DNA of 20,000 bases from an uncultured virus (IMG/VR IMGVR_UViG_3300010885_062553) (Duplodnaviria; Heunggongvirae; Uroviricota; Caudoviricetes): IMG/VR virus record IMGVR_UViG_3300010885_062553; one strand, written 5' to 3'. The notes below the pieces were generated by a model. It was not told the DNA's origin. It saw only the letters and a program-made list of their open reading frames with translations, and made no database searches. Positions 8,534 through 17,185 of this stretch are shown piece after piece. Positions within the stretch are counted from its first letter, which is position 1; every line of letters begins with the position of its first letter. The position numbers and the translations under genes were made by a program.

Positions 8534-9487
8534 ATGAGTTTAGACATTTTCAACCTCGACGCAGACTCTTTAGTAACTAAGAGCGCATCAAACAAATCAG
8601 GAGATTTAGAATTTTACAAACCTTATCCAGAAGACGGAAAGGACGGAGTTTACAAATCTTTAATTAGATTTATTCCAAATCCAATCAATCCGGCTAAATC
8701 AAAAATCCACAAGTACTACGTTTACTTAAAGGATCCAGTTTCTGGAAACAGTTTTTCTGCTGACTGTCCTTCAACAGTTGGTAAGAAGTCAATTTTAAAA
8801 GATCTTTTCTGGAAGCTTAAGAATTCTCATTCTGCAGCTGATCAGGAGCTTGCTAAGCAGTTTTCTAGGAAAGAGGATTACTATTCATTGGTTCAAATCG
8901 TTCAGGACAAAAACAAGCCAGAACTAGAAGGAAAGATTATGATCTTCAAATTTGGTAAAAAGTTGAACGATCTTATTGAAGCACAACTTCAACCAGAGTA
9001 TGGAGAAAAGTGTAATCCTTTCGATCTTTTTGAAGGAAGAGAATTTGCAGTTCATACTAGAAAAGTAGGCGAGTGGAACAACTACGATCTTTGCTCTTTC
9101 GTCGGAGAAAGAACCCCGATTAAAATCAGCGGTACTCAGATGAAGAAATCCCAAGATGACATGAACACAATTTTGGAGTATCTTAAATCTGCTCCCCAAA
9201 ACTTATCATCTTTTGATTATAAAGATTGGGATGATGAATTAACCGAAAAGGTTATGAGTGTTATTAGAAACACAGTTCCAGAAGCTAGAATCGTTAACGA
9301 AATAGTTGGATCAGTTTCAAATTCTTCTAGCTCATACAGCGAGCCTGCTAAAAGAGAAAGCTCGCCAAGTTCTGAAATTTATTCAGACGTGGTAAGCAAC
9401 ACTAAAGCACCATCAGCTCCGAAAAAAGAGGAATCTACAAAAGGCTCTTCATTATCTTCATTAGAAGATCTTTACAGCGATCTTTAA
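8534..9487 (+). CDS. gp32: T4 gp32-like single-stranded DNA-binding protein
   Basis: DG...LIRFIP, DCPSTVG, RKEDYY..VQIVQD..KPELEGKIMIFKFGKK, NPFDLFEGREF, NNYD and a Ser-rich linker with acidic tail (LEDLYSDL). Start moved to ATG 8534 because the upstream in-frame stretch is an A-rich leader. Confidence 0.88.
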   Translation: MSLDIFNLDADSLVTKSASNKSGDLEFYKPYPEDGKDGVYKSLIRFIPNPINPAKSKIHKYYVYLKDPVSGNSFSADCPSTVGKKSILKDLFWKLKNSHSAADQELAKQFSRKEDYYSLVQIVQDKNKPELEGKIMIFKFGKKLNDLIEAQLQPEYGEKCNPFDLFEGREFAVHTRKVGEWNNYDLCSFVGERTPIKISGTQMKKSQDDMNTILEYLKSAPQNLSSFDYKDWDDELTEKVMSVIRNTVPEARIVNEIVGSVSNSSSSYSEPAKRESSPSSEIYSDVVSNTKAPSAPKKEESTKGSSLSSLEDLYSDL

Positions 9488-9503
9488 TAAACAAACACCT
9501 AAT

Positions 9504-9532
9504 GGGACAGTTCCAAGGACTGTCCCTTTTTT
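9504..9532 (+). terminator. Intrinsic (Rho-independent) terminator after gp32
   Basis: 8-bp stem GGGACAGT (9504-9511) / ACTGTCCC (9519-9526), 7-nt loop, then T6. Confidence 0.85.
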
Positions 9533-9540
9533 AATTTTTT

Positions 9541-10605
9541 ATGGATTTATCTAGAATAGAAGAGTTAGTTAATTCAGTCCTTTCTAAGGAATTCCCTGGA
9601 GATCCTGCTAGGCAAAGGGTTTACAAAGGAGGTAATAGACTGAATTTTTGCTGTCCTTACTGTGGGGATTCTGTAAAAGATCCTAAGAAGAAAAGGGGGA
9701 ACTTTTATTTAGATACCCTATCTTATAAATGTTATAATGGCGGATGTGGTATATTCAAAGATTCACTTAACTTCTTTAAAGATTTTCACGTCCAAAATAA
9801 ATTAAGTGGAGAGGAGCGTGAGGAGATTAGAAAAATAATAGAGGAAAATCACGCAAGGAGAAAACCAATCTACGGAAAAATTGATATTGGGGTTTTCTTT
9901 GAGAATGATATAAATGAAATTGTTATACCTAGGGATTTCTTTATGAAGACTTTGGGACTTCAAGATGTAAAGGATTCAAAGATTTCCAACTATATCCAAA
10001 GAAGATGTCAGCCTCTAGATTCAAGATTTGCCTGGGATTCTAAAAGGGAGAAGCTATACCTTTTTAATCTAACCCCAGACAATAAAATTCTTGGTCTTCA
10101 AGTTAGAAACATGGAATCGGTTAAGGGGGGATCTAAATATTTAACATACAAACTCAGTGGAATATATGAGAAAATACTTAGACAAACAAATCCTGAAATT
10201 TTAGAGAAAGCTAGAGAGGTCGATCCTATCTCAAATGTTTTTGGAATAGGATTTTTAGATTTCAATAGCATTATTACTATATTTGAAGGCCCTATGGATT
10301 CTTGGTTGTGGGGCAATTCAACTGGACTCTGCTCTCTTGAGAACAGATTTCCATTTGACCTAGACAATAAAAGATATTGGTACGATTGGGACAAAGCAGG
10401 AATCCAAAAATCAATGGATCTTCTTTCAAAGGGTGAGACTGTTTTTAATTGGGGAAAATTTTTAGAAGAGAATGATATAACTAAAAACAGAAAATGGGAT
10501 TTAAATGACCTGGTAATTCATTTGAGATTTACTGGCAAAAAGATAAAAAGATTCGATAACTATTTTACAAACGAGATACTTGACCTTAGATATTTTATTA
10601 ATTGA
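9541..10605 (+). CDS. gp61: T4 gp61-like DNA primase
   Basis: N-terminal zinc ribbon (CPYCGDS...KKRG...YKCYNGGC), KYLT, TOPRIM motifs IFEGPMDS and YDWD, C-terminal KWDLND. Confidence 0.88.
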   Translation: MDLSRIEELVNSVLSKEFPGDPARQRVYKGGNRLNFCCPYCGDSVKDPKKKRGNFYLDTLSYKCYNGGCGIFKDSLNFFKDFHVQNKLSGEEREEIRKIIEENHARRKPIYGKIDIGVFFENDINEIVIPRDFFMKTLGLQDVKDSKISNYIQRRCQPLDSRFAWDSKREKLYLFNLTPDNKILGLQVRNMESVKGGSKYLTYKLSGIYEKILRQTNPEILEKAREVDPISNVFGIGFLDFNSIITIFEGPMDSWLWGNSTGLCSLENRFPFDLDNKRYWYDWDKAGIQKSMDLLSKGETVFNWGKFLEENDITKNRKWDLNDLVIHLRFTGKKIKRFDNYFTNEILDLRYFIN

Positions 10606-10843
10606 CGATCCAAATTCAGGAATGGATAGAACTGGGGAATGGGAATCCCAGCTAGATCATAGATCTGGTCCTAAACTTAAATTCCCAGTAAAGATCAGAG
10701 AGGAATCATTTGGAAGTGTTGATGTTTCTTTTGATGATCCCAATGTTTCAAATCCAGTTAAAAAGAAAGGCGAAATCGAAAAGAAACCAAAAGTGGTAGA
10801 AATAGGTAAGAAGAAAAGAGATAACAAATCAAAACTATTCTAA
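10580..10843 (+). CDS. Small Lys-rich hypothetical protein
   Basis: Fills the gap between primase and uvsY with TAATG coupling at 10841-10845; true start uncertain (TTG 10580 or ATG 10622). Confidence 0.55.
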   Translation: MTLDILLIDDPNSGMDRTGEWESQLDHRSGPKLKFPVKIREESFGSVDVSFDDPNVSNPVKKKGEIEKKPKVVEIGKKKRDNKSKLF

Positions 10844-11286
10844 TGTCGGAAGAAAAAAAAGACTTTAATAAAATATTTGAAGACGAAAGGCTTGAATGGA
10901 AAGAAAAGATCCAAGGTATCGCATTAAATCTGAAGAGCATTCAAACAGTTGCTAAAGCCCAGATAGATCTTTTCAGTCAAAGACAAATTCTTTTAGAATA
11001 TAGCTACAAGCTAGCTTCTATAATTGCAAAGCTCAATTCAAAATATAATGCTGACAAGGCAAAGAAGATGAAGGAGTACTCTGAAAAAAGCGATGTCAGA
11101 TACGGATCGAACGAAAAGATGCTTTTAATCGAAGGGGATCTAACCGAGATTTCTGAAAAAATAGATCTTGTTGAGAATCATAGAAAATTCATAGATCAAA
11201 CCGTGCAGACGGTTGATCATATGCTATATGGTATACGCCAAAGAATATCATTAGAGGAATATCTAAGAGGTGGATCTATTAAATAG
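10843..11286 (+). CDS. uvsY: UvsY-like recombination mediator
   Basis: 147-aa all-helical protein with a UvsY-like C-terminus (YGIRQRISLEEYLRGG) in the usual position upstream of uvsW. Confidence 0.62.
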   Translation: MSEEKKDFNKIFEDERLEWKEKIQGIALNLKSIQTVAKAQIDLFSQRQILLEYSYKLASIIAKLNSKYNADKAKKMKEYSEKSDVRYGSNEKMLLIEGDLTEISEKIDLVENHRKFIDQTVQTVDHMLYGIRQRISLEEYLRGGSIK

Positions 11287-11309
11287 ACGGACTTTTATTC
11301 CATATAAAA

Positions 11310-11317
11310 GATATATA
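11310..11317 (+). promoter_or_regulatory. GATATATA motif, candidate phage late promoter
   Basis: Exact 8-mer in the uvsY-endonuclease intergenic gap, 18 nt before GTG 11336. Confidence 0.55.
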
Positions 11318-11335
11318 ATATAAAAATTATATACA

Positions 11336-12025
11336 GTGGATAATTATTATGTTTATGTTTATTTAGATCCAAGAAAACCTGGAAATTGGGCTTACGGGAA
11401 GTATATCTTTGAATATGAGCCTTTTTATGTAGGGAAGGGTAGGAATTTTAGAAGCAGAATACATTTACAGAAAGTTAAACGCGGGAAATATTCGAATCTT
11501 CCTAAGTATCATATAATTAAAAAAATACTGGATTGCGGATTGGAGCCGGTAATAATTAAATATAGTGAGAATCTTAATGAGAAAGATTCATTTTCCATAG
11601 AGAATGAAATGATAGTGACAATAGGTAGATTTGATTTAAAAAATGGACCTTTAAGAAATCTTAGTAATGGTGGGGAGGGAAATGGAAATAGATTCTTTAC
11701 GGAGGAGCATAGAAAAAATCTGGGGCTTTCCAAAAAAGGTATTCTTACTGAAAACCAATCAAAACATTTAAAAAAAATTCATGAATCAATGAAGGGTAAC
11801 AAAAGAACCCTTGGATTCAAATTTTCTCAAGATAGTATAAATAAAATGATAAAATCTAGAAGTAAGCCTGTTATTCAAATGGATATGTCCGGAGCTTTTA
11901 TTAATGAGTTTGAATCAATTAAAGAGGCACAAGAAAAAACTGGGGTTTGCTCTATTTCTAAAATTTTAAACGGAAGGGGTAAAAGTGCAGGTGGATTTTT
12001 ATGGTCTTATAAAAATAAAGAATAA
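11336..12025 (+). mobile_element. Free-standing GIY-YIG-family homing endonuclease with NUMOD3/NUMOD1-like DNA-binding domains
   Basis: YYVYVY...PFYVGKG...R catalytic motif, conserved E and NLSNGGEG, NUMOD3-like FTEEHRKNLGLSKKG, C-terminal KPVIQMD..G.FINEFESIKEA...AGGFLWSY. Confidence 0.85.
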
Positions 12026-12028
12026 TTA

Positions 12029-13552
12029 ATGCTTAAATTTCAAGTTTCAGAAGATCAACAGTGGATGGTTCTTATAGAATCTCCAGATGAGATCGAGAAG
12101 AAACAAATAGAAATATCGCTGACGAAGAAGATCCACAACTTCTATTTCCACCCTCTAGTCAAAAAGAAAATTTGGGATGGAAGTGTTTGCTTTGTTGATA
12201 AAAAGGGACCTTTTATGAGAGTCCCTATTGGTCTTTGGAGAGAGCTAATGCAAATTGGAGAAGACTACAAAATAAAGATAGAGATAGAAGGTTTAGATGA
12301 TCTTATTCTGAAAGATTTAACCCTTGATGACTTTACCCTATGGGTAAATGAATTTTTTTCTGACTCTAAAATGGAGCCACGTGATTATCAGATAGAGACA
12401 GCCTGGAAATTGATCAAATATAGATACTCTGTTTCTGAAGTTGCTACATCGTCAGGAAAAACCCTAATCTCCTTTATGATCTTTGCTTATCTTAAAAGTA
12501 AAGGACTTATACGTAAGTTTATGATGGTTGCCCCTAATAACAATCTAGTTATTCAGGGAACGGAAGACTTTGATGATTATGGGTTGGAAAAGCTTGGGGT
12601 TAAGATCCAACAGATAGGTGGGGGAAATAAGCTTAGACAAGGATGTGACCTAATTATAGGAACCTTCCAATCTTTAGTAAAACAGGATCCAGAGTTTTTT
12701 GAAGAGGTTGATGCAGTTTTTGTGGATGAAGCCCATCACACCAATTCAATGTCAATTAAGAAGATCATGTCTAATTGTATGCACTCTAGGTGGAGATATG
12801 GACTTACTGGAACCCTAACAAAAAGGGGAACCGCCGATTATCTAACAATTCAGCAATTTCTAGGTCCTTTAATGGTCGAGATCCCGCCAAGCTTTCTTTT
12901 TGATAATAATTATGCTACCCCAGTTTCAATTAAAATAGTGATGCTAGATTGGTTGGATCAGGAGTACAAAGATAAATTAGCAGAACTGAAGACGAATCAC
13001 AACAACCTTGAGGGGAATGATGTTTACAACATAGAGAGAAAGCTTGTTATTGAAAGCAAGAAGAGACTTAATTATGTTGTTGATTTTATCACAAAAACTT
13101 CCAAGAACTCTTTGGTTCTCTTCCAATCAGTAAAGGATGAGTACGGAAAGCAGATCTGGAATCTTATAAGGGAAAAAACTAGCGATAAAGAGGTGTTTTA
13201 CGTGGATGGCGACACCGACGAGAGTTTAAGAGAAGAATATAAGGGTCGAATGGCAGCGGGCGGTAATAAGATCCTAATAGCCACATACGGCACATTTGCT
13301 ACTGGTATATCAATTAACAATATTCATAATATATTTCTGGTTGAATCATATAAGAGCGAGGTCCTAATTAAGCAGAGCCTAGGAAGAGGGATGAGAAAGA
13401 TGGAGGGTAAGGAGAAAGTTAACGTAATAGACTTTGTAGATGACTTCAGTAGTAGCAAATATCAAAACTATTTAGTTAAACATGGGGAGGTCAGACTCCA
13501 GATTTACAAAAAAGAGGGGTTTGAGTATAAAATTTTTAAAGTTAAACTCTAG
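12029..13552 (+). CDS. uvsW: UvsW-like superfamily 2 DNA helicase
   Basis: Q motif PRDYQ, Walker A ATSSGKT, DEAH box, GLTGT, TGISI, QSLGRGMR; 507 aa, matching UvsW size. Confidence 0.92.
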   Translation: MLKFQVSEDQQWMVLIESPDEIEKKQIEISLTKKIHNFYFHPLVKKKIWDGSVCFVDKKGPFMRVPIGLWRELMQIGEDYKIKIEIEGLDDLILKDLTLDDFTLWVNEFFSDSKMEPRDYQIETAWKLIKYRYSVSEVATSSGKTLISFMIFAYLKSKGLIRKFMMVAPNNNLVIQGTEDFDDYGLEKLGVKIQQIGGGNKLRQGCDLIIGTFQSLVKQDPEFFEEVDAVFVDEAHHTNSMSIKKIMSNCMHSRWRYGLTGTLTKRGTADYLTIQQFLGPLMVEIPPSFLFDNNYATPVSIKIVMLDWLDQEYKDKLAELKTNHNNLEGNDVYNIERKLVIESKKRLNYVVDFITKTSKNSLVLFQSVKDEYGKQIWNLIREKTSDKEVFYVDGDTDESLREEYKGRMAAGGNKILIATYGTFATGISINNIHNIFLVESYKSEVLIKQSLGRGMRKMEGKEKVNVIDFVDDFSSSKYQNYLVKHGEVRLQIYKKEGFEYKIFKVKL

Positions 13553-13558
13553 CCAGGG

Positions 13559-13566
13559 GATATATA
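13559..13566 (+). promoter_or_regulatory. GATATATA motif, candidate phage late promoter
   Basis: Exact 8-mer 6 nt after the uvsW stop and 20 nt before ATG 13587; heads the nucleotidyltransferase operon. Confidence 0.6.
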
Positions 13567-13586
13567 TAGAAAAATAGAAGTTCCCA

Positions 13587-14156
13587 ATGAGAATTAAAAA
13601 ATTCGAGGCTTTTTCTGAATCCATTAGTGAATCTAGCAGGTATTATTCAAGAGGGAGATCTTCAGAATATGCACCATCTGATAAAGGAAAAACCAAATTT
13701 AGCAGATGGATGAGGGGAATGTCATCTGGTCTTAGAAGTGACATTGAATATAGAAAGGGAGATTCTTATCAAAATAGTGGGGAAGATCCTGTTAACATAG
13801 CAAAAAATGTTTTTTCTTTATTTGGTAGATTGATATTCAGTGCTGGTGCTGCCGTAGCTGATTTCTTCTCAACTGGGGATAATAAAGACACATTTGCTAA
13901 GATGTCTAAAGATAGAGTGGAGCAGAAGAAAGATGATGTTTTAGATAGCTGGGAAGCTAAAAACATTAAAGGAAAAAATGTAACCCAAAAGGATGCCCAA
14001 GATTTCTACACCTCTGGTGTTTTAAAAGGGAAAGGTTATTTTGGCAAGGGATACGACCCGGAAAATCCTAAGAATGGAGACGAAAGAGTTTACAGCGACT
14101 ATTTAAGTGGAGCTATGGAAAGATATTATGACAGATTAAGGCCCTATGAAAAGTAA
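13587..14156 (+). CDS. Hypothetical protein, candidate internal head protein
   Basis: 189 aa starting MRIKKFEAFSESISE; central amphipathic/hydrophobic helix (VFSLFGRLIFSAGAAVADFF); overlaps next gene by 11 nt. Confidence 0.7.
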   Translation: MRIKKFEAFSESISESSRYYSRGRSSEYAPSDKGKTKFSRWMRGMSSGLRSDIEYRKGDSYQNSGEDPVNIAKNVFSLFGRLIFSAGAAVADFFSTGDNKDTFAKMSKDRVEQKKDDVLDSWEAKNIKGKNVTQKDAQDFYTSGVLKGKGYFGKGYDPENPKNGDERVYSDYLSGAMERYYDRLRPYEK

Positions 14157-15075
14157 GATTTTAAATTTTTCTGGATTCTCTAAAATCTTCGAGGGCGGTG
14201 CTGCTATAAAAAGCTCAAGAAGAATTAGAGAGGCTGAATTTTCTTTAACAATGGAAAACATTAAAAATATATTATTCCCTCTATTAGAGATAGATCCAAA
14301 TTCAGAAGGAACCAATTATGTTGTTATTGGAAGTATAGGGAAGAAAGAAAATCCAGACGATACGTCTGGTGACCTTGATATTGGGTATAATGGAAATTGG
14401 TTTTCCCAAAAAGAGGGGATTGGATATAAGGAATGTGCTAAGAGAGTTTTTGATATACTCGATGCTGAGCTAGAGGAATCTCTTGGATTTAAACCGGAGA
14501 TCAGATTAATGTCAGGACTTAATATAGTTAGTTTAGGCTGGCCAATAGAAGGAGATCCAGGTAAAGGTGAGGTTCAGTTAGATCTTATTCCTTTATCAGA
14601 TATGACATGGTCTAAGTTTATCTACTATTCTCCTGATTACAAAAAGGGTGAAAGCAAATATAAATCTGCTCACCGTAACTGGTTATTAGCAGCTATATTA
14701 TCAGCTAGAGCCGAAGTTATAAACACAGATGATGAAGGTCAGGTTATGGATTACGAAACACCAGTACTGATTTTAAGTGATGGACTATTCTGGCACACTA
14801 AATCATACAGAGGAAAGATTAAAGCAAGACTTAAAAATGCAGCTAAAATTCCGGGTAGTGAAAGATTCGTAACTAATAATCCCCAGGAGTTTATAGATTT
14901 CGCATTAGGTCAGGGATACTCTCAGAATGACGTTAAAACATTTGAGGATGTGTTTAAGATTATCACATCGCCTAATTTTGAATTGAGAGATCAGCTTCCT
15001 CACATCAAAACTAAATTTTTGGAATATCTAACTAGAGTTGGATTACCAGTTCCGAGTGAAATAAATACAATATAA
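14146..15075 (+). CDS. DNA polymerase beta-superfamily nucleotidyltransferase
   Basis: hGS motif (VIGSIGKK, nt 14329), GDLD catalytic dyad (nt 14368) and third aspartate in VQLDL (nt ~14572); N-terminus MKSKILNFSGFSKIFE. Confidence 0.8.
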   Translation: MKSKILNFSGFSKIFEGGAAIKSSRRIREAEFSLTMENIKNILFPLLEIDPNSEGTNYVVIGSIGKKENPDDTSGDLDIGYNGNWFSQKEGIGYKECAKRVFDILDAELEESLGFKPEIRLMSGLNIVSLGWPIEGDPGKGEVQLDLIPLSDMTWSKFIYYSPDYKKGESKYKSAHRNWLLAAILSARAEVINTDDEGQVMDYETPVLILSDGLFWHTKSYRGKIKARLKNAAKIPGSERFVTNNPQEFIDFALGQGYSQNDVKTFEDVFKIITSPNFELRDQLPHIKTKFLEYLTRVGLPVPSEINTI

Positions 15076-15100
15076 AGTAATAAAGTTTTAAAATAAAATT

Positions 15101-17185
15101 ATGTCAGGAATCGTTCATTTATATGATCTCTATAACAAGAAGGGCAAGGAATTCGTAGATAAGCTTTTGAACTCATACGTGACTGTGAATGAGAAGATGG
15201 ATGGTTCTGCATTTATTTTTGAAAGAGATATTGAAACTGGTAAATTTCTTTTTTACAAAAGGGATCAAAGAAATCCAATTACACTCGTTGATAGAACTCT
15301 TATGAAATATTACGAGAAGCCTATAAACTATATCGAGTCTCTTCCTCCTCACGTAATTCAAAAGATCCCTAGAGGATGGAGATTTGGCTTAGAGTATTTT
15401 TCAAGTAATAATCCAGTTGAAATTGTTTACGATAGGGTTCCTAAAAACAATCTTATCCTTTCCTATGTTCACAGAAAAGATTTAAGTGGAAATGCACAGG
15501 GTACTATACAAGATAAAGAGAAGCTTGATACTTGGGCAGATCTTATTGGTGTTGAAAGACCTCCGATAATTTTCCAGGGAGAACTTGATGAAAATCAAAA
15601 ATCTCAGATTATGAATTTTCTTCAAACCCCATTTGAAGACCTTGTGAATGAATATAAAACTAGAAGCTTTGTTGCATTCATAATTGGGGTTCTTAATCCT
15701 GAGCTTAAAACTACTGCTTTAAACCACGATTTAGAAAAACCTATCGAAGGTATAGTATTTAGATTTGGTAAGGATGTTGAAGAAGGCGAACCAGTTTTAT
15801 CTAAGATGGTAAATCCGGTTTTCACTGAGCTAGCTAAATCTAAGGCCAAGAAGAAAAGAGAGGATAAGCCGAGTGATTTCTTAGGTATAGCTATATTAGA
15901 CGTTATGAATTTCATCTTAGAGAATGGTGTAGATTCATTCTCAATGGACGGTGAAACTGAAGACGAAAGATATGTTTCTTTTATGTCTGATGTTTTTTCT
16001 AAATTTCTTGACGAGTATTCTTCTAAATATAAAAATGCAGATTTCCAAGAACCGGAGTATCTTAAGAGAGATGACTTTAGGTTAAACAAGGGAATGATCA
16101 AAGACAAACGTGTTTTAAAGTATGTTGATCTTGATGAATCATTTGAATCCCTATTTAAGCTGATTCTTAATTCTTTCAGAAAGATAAAAAAGAGACCAGG
16201 TGGAATAATCACACAATCGATTATGGATCAATTCAATTCTCTAGTTTCTCAGTTGGAGAAAAGAATATCAGGAAAGAAAGAGAAGAATGTTTCAGAGTCT
16301 GTTTCTTTACCTTCATTTTTAGACTTTAAAAAGAGTCTGGGAAGAAGAAAGATAGATTATTTAACTGTCGAGAGTGAAGATGTTAGTGAGGTCGAAAACG
16401 AGGAAGATGGAGAATTCTATTCATATAATGAATTTATTTCAGCTATTGAAAAAATAGACACATCAAGAAAACCTAAACTCACTGAAGATTCTAAGAAGGA
16501 TGAGAAGAAGGAAGATAAAGAGGAAAAGAAAGAGCTTGAACCGGTAAATGTTATTCTTGGAAGATTTCAGCCTTTCCATAATGGTCATTTAAAAATGGCT
16601 ACCTTTATGAAGGAGAAAAACAATCTCCCTTGTATAATAGCAGTAGTTCACCCAGGGCACAGTAAGTCTAAAAAATCTCCATTTAGTTTGGATTTAGTTA
16701 GAAAATATATGGAGAGTTTAGTCAGAGAGAAAGAGAGTTTAATAAAAGGTTTTTATATAGTAAACAGAGGATTATTAGGAATTGCTTATGGTGCAGCTAA
16801 AGAACATGGATTTATTATAAAAGCTATAGGTGCAGGCGATGATAGAGTTGATGACTATAAAAAACAAGAAGAGTATCTCAAAAAGCACGGAAGTGATTTC
16901 CCACAAGAAATAAAAATCATAGAAACTCCAAGATCTGCATCCTCTACTGACGTGAGAGAGAAGTTGAAAAATGAGGATTTTCTGGGATTTAAAAAAATGG
17001 TTCCTGCTTCTGTTGCATCTTTCTATCAGTCTTTCGTTACTGCATTAAATGATGTTGAACTTAAAGAATCTGATGAATTAAAAAAACCAAGCGCTGAAAG
17101 TCTAACAGAAGGGGAAAAACCAAAAAGAAGAGCACTAAAAAAATCTAAAAATAATAAACAAGAGGATGAAAATATTAAGATTTAA
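15101..17185 (+). CDS. Fusion protein: Rnl2-like RNA ligase/nucleotidyltransferase domain + HIGH-family (cytidylyltransferase/NMNAT-like) domain
   Basis: N-terminal ligase motifs EKMDG (I, nt 15191), YKR (Ia), FGLEYF (III), PPIIFQG, IEGIVF (IV), SKMVNPVF (V); charged linker; C-terminal GRFQPFHNGH (nt 16559), SPF, GAGDDR and SSTDVRE motifs. Confidence 0.8.
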   Translation: MSGIVHLYDLYNKKGKEFVDKLLNSYVTVNEKMDGSAFIFERDIETGKFLFYKRDQRNPITLVDRTLMKYYEKPINYIESLPPHVIQKIPRGWRFGLEYFSSNNPVEIVYDRVPKNNLILSYVHRKDLSGNAQGTIQDKEKLDTWADLIGVERPPIIFQGELDENQKSQIMNFLQTPFEDLVNEYKTRSFVAFIIGVLNPELKTTALNHDLEKPIEGIVFRFGKDVEEGEPVLSKMVNPVFTELAKSKAKKKREDKPSDFLGIAILDVMNFILENGVDSFSMDGETEDERYVSFMSDVFSKFLDEYSSKYKNADFQEPEYLKRDDFRLNKGMIKDKRVLKYVDLDESFESLFKLILNSFRKIKKRPGGIITQSIMDQFNSLVSQLEKRISGKKEKNVSESVSLPSFLDFKKSLGRRKIDYLTVESEDVSEVENEEDGEFYSYNEFISAIEKIDTSRKPKLTEDSKKDEKKEDKEEKKELEPVNVILGRFQPFHNGHLKMATFMKEKNNLPCIIAVVHPGHSKSKKSPFSLDLVRKYMESLVREKESLIKGFYIVNRGLLGIAYGAAKEHGFIIKAIGAGDDRVDDYKKQEEYLKKHGSDFPQEIKIIETPRSASSTDVREKLKNEDFLGFKKMVPASVASFYQSFVTALNDVELKESDELKKPSAESLTEGEKPKRRALKKSKNNKQEDENIKI

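Noticed and set aside
11287..12028. Group I intron or intein hosting the endonuclease
   Set aside because: uvsY and uvsW are both complete, and the flanks (49 nt and 3 nt) are too short for a ribozyme core.
14146..15075. Calling the NTase a CBASS cyclase, CCA-adding enzyme or DNA polymerase X
   Set aside because: Only the generic Pol-beta catalytic motifs are visible; there is no Cap effector, HD or PHP domain or other subfamily marker, so the substrate cannot be assigned.
15622..16212. 196-aa minus-strand ORF, and the other minus-strand ORFs in the track
   Set aside because: They lie antisense to well-supported + strand genes, have the F/L/S-rich composition of shadow frames and show no motifs.
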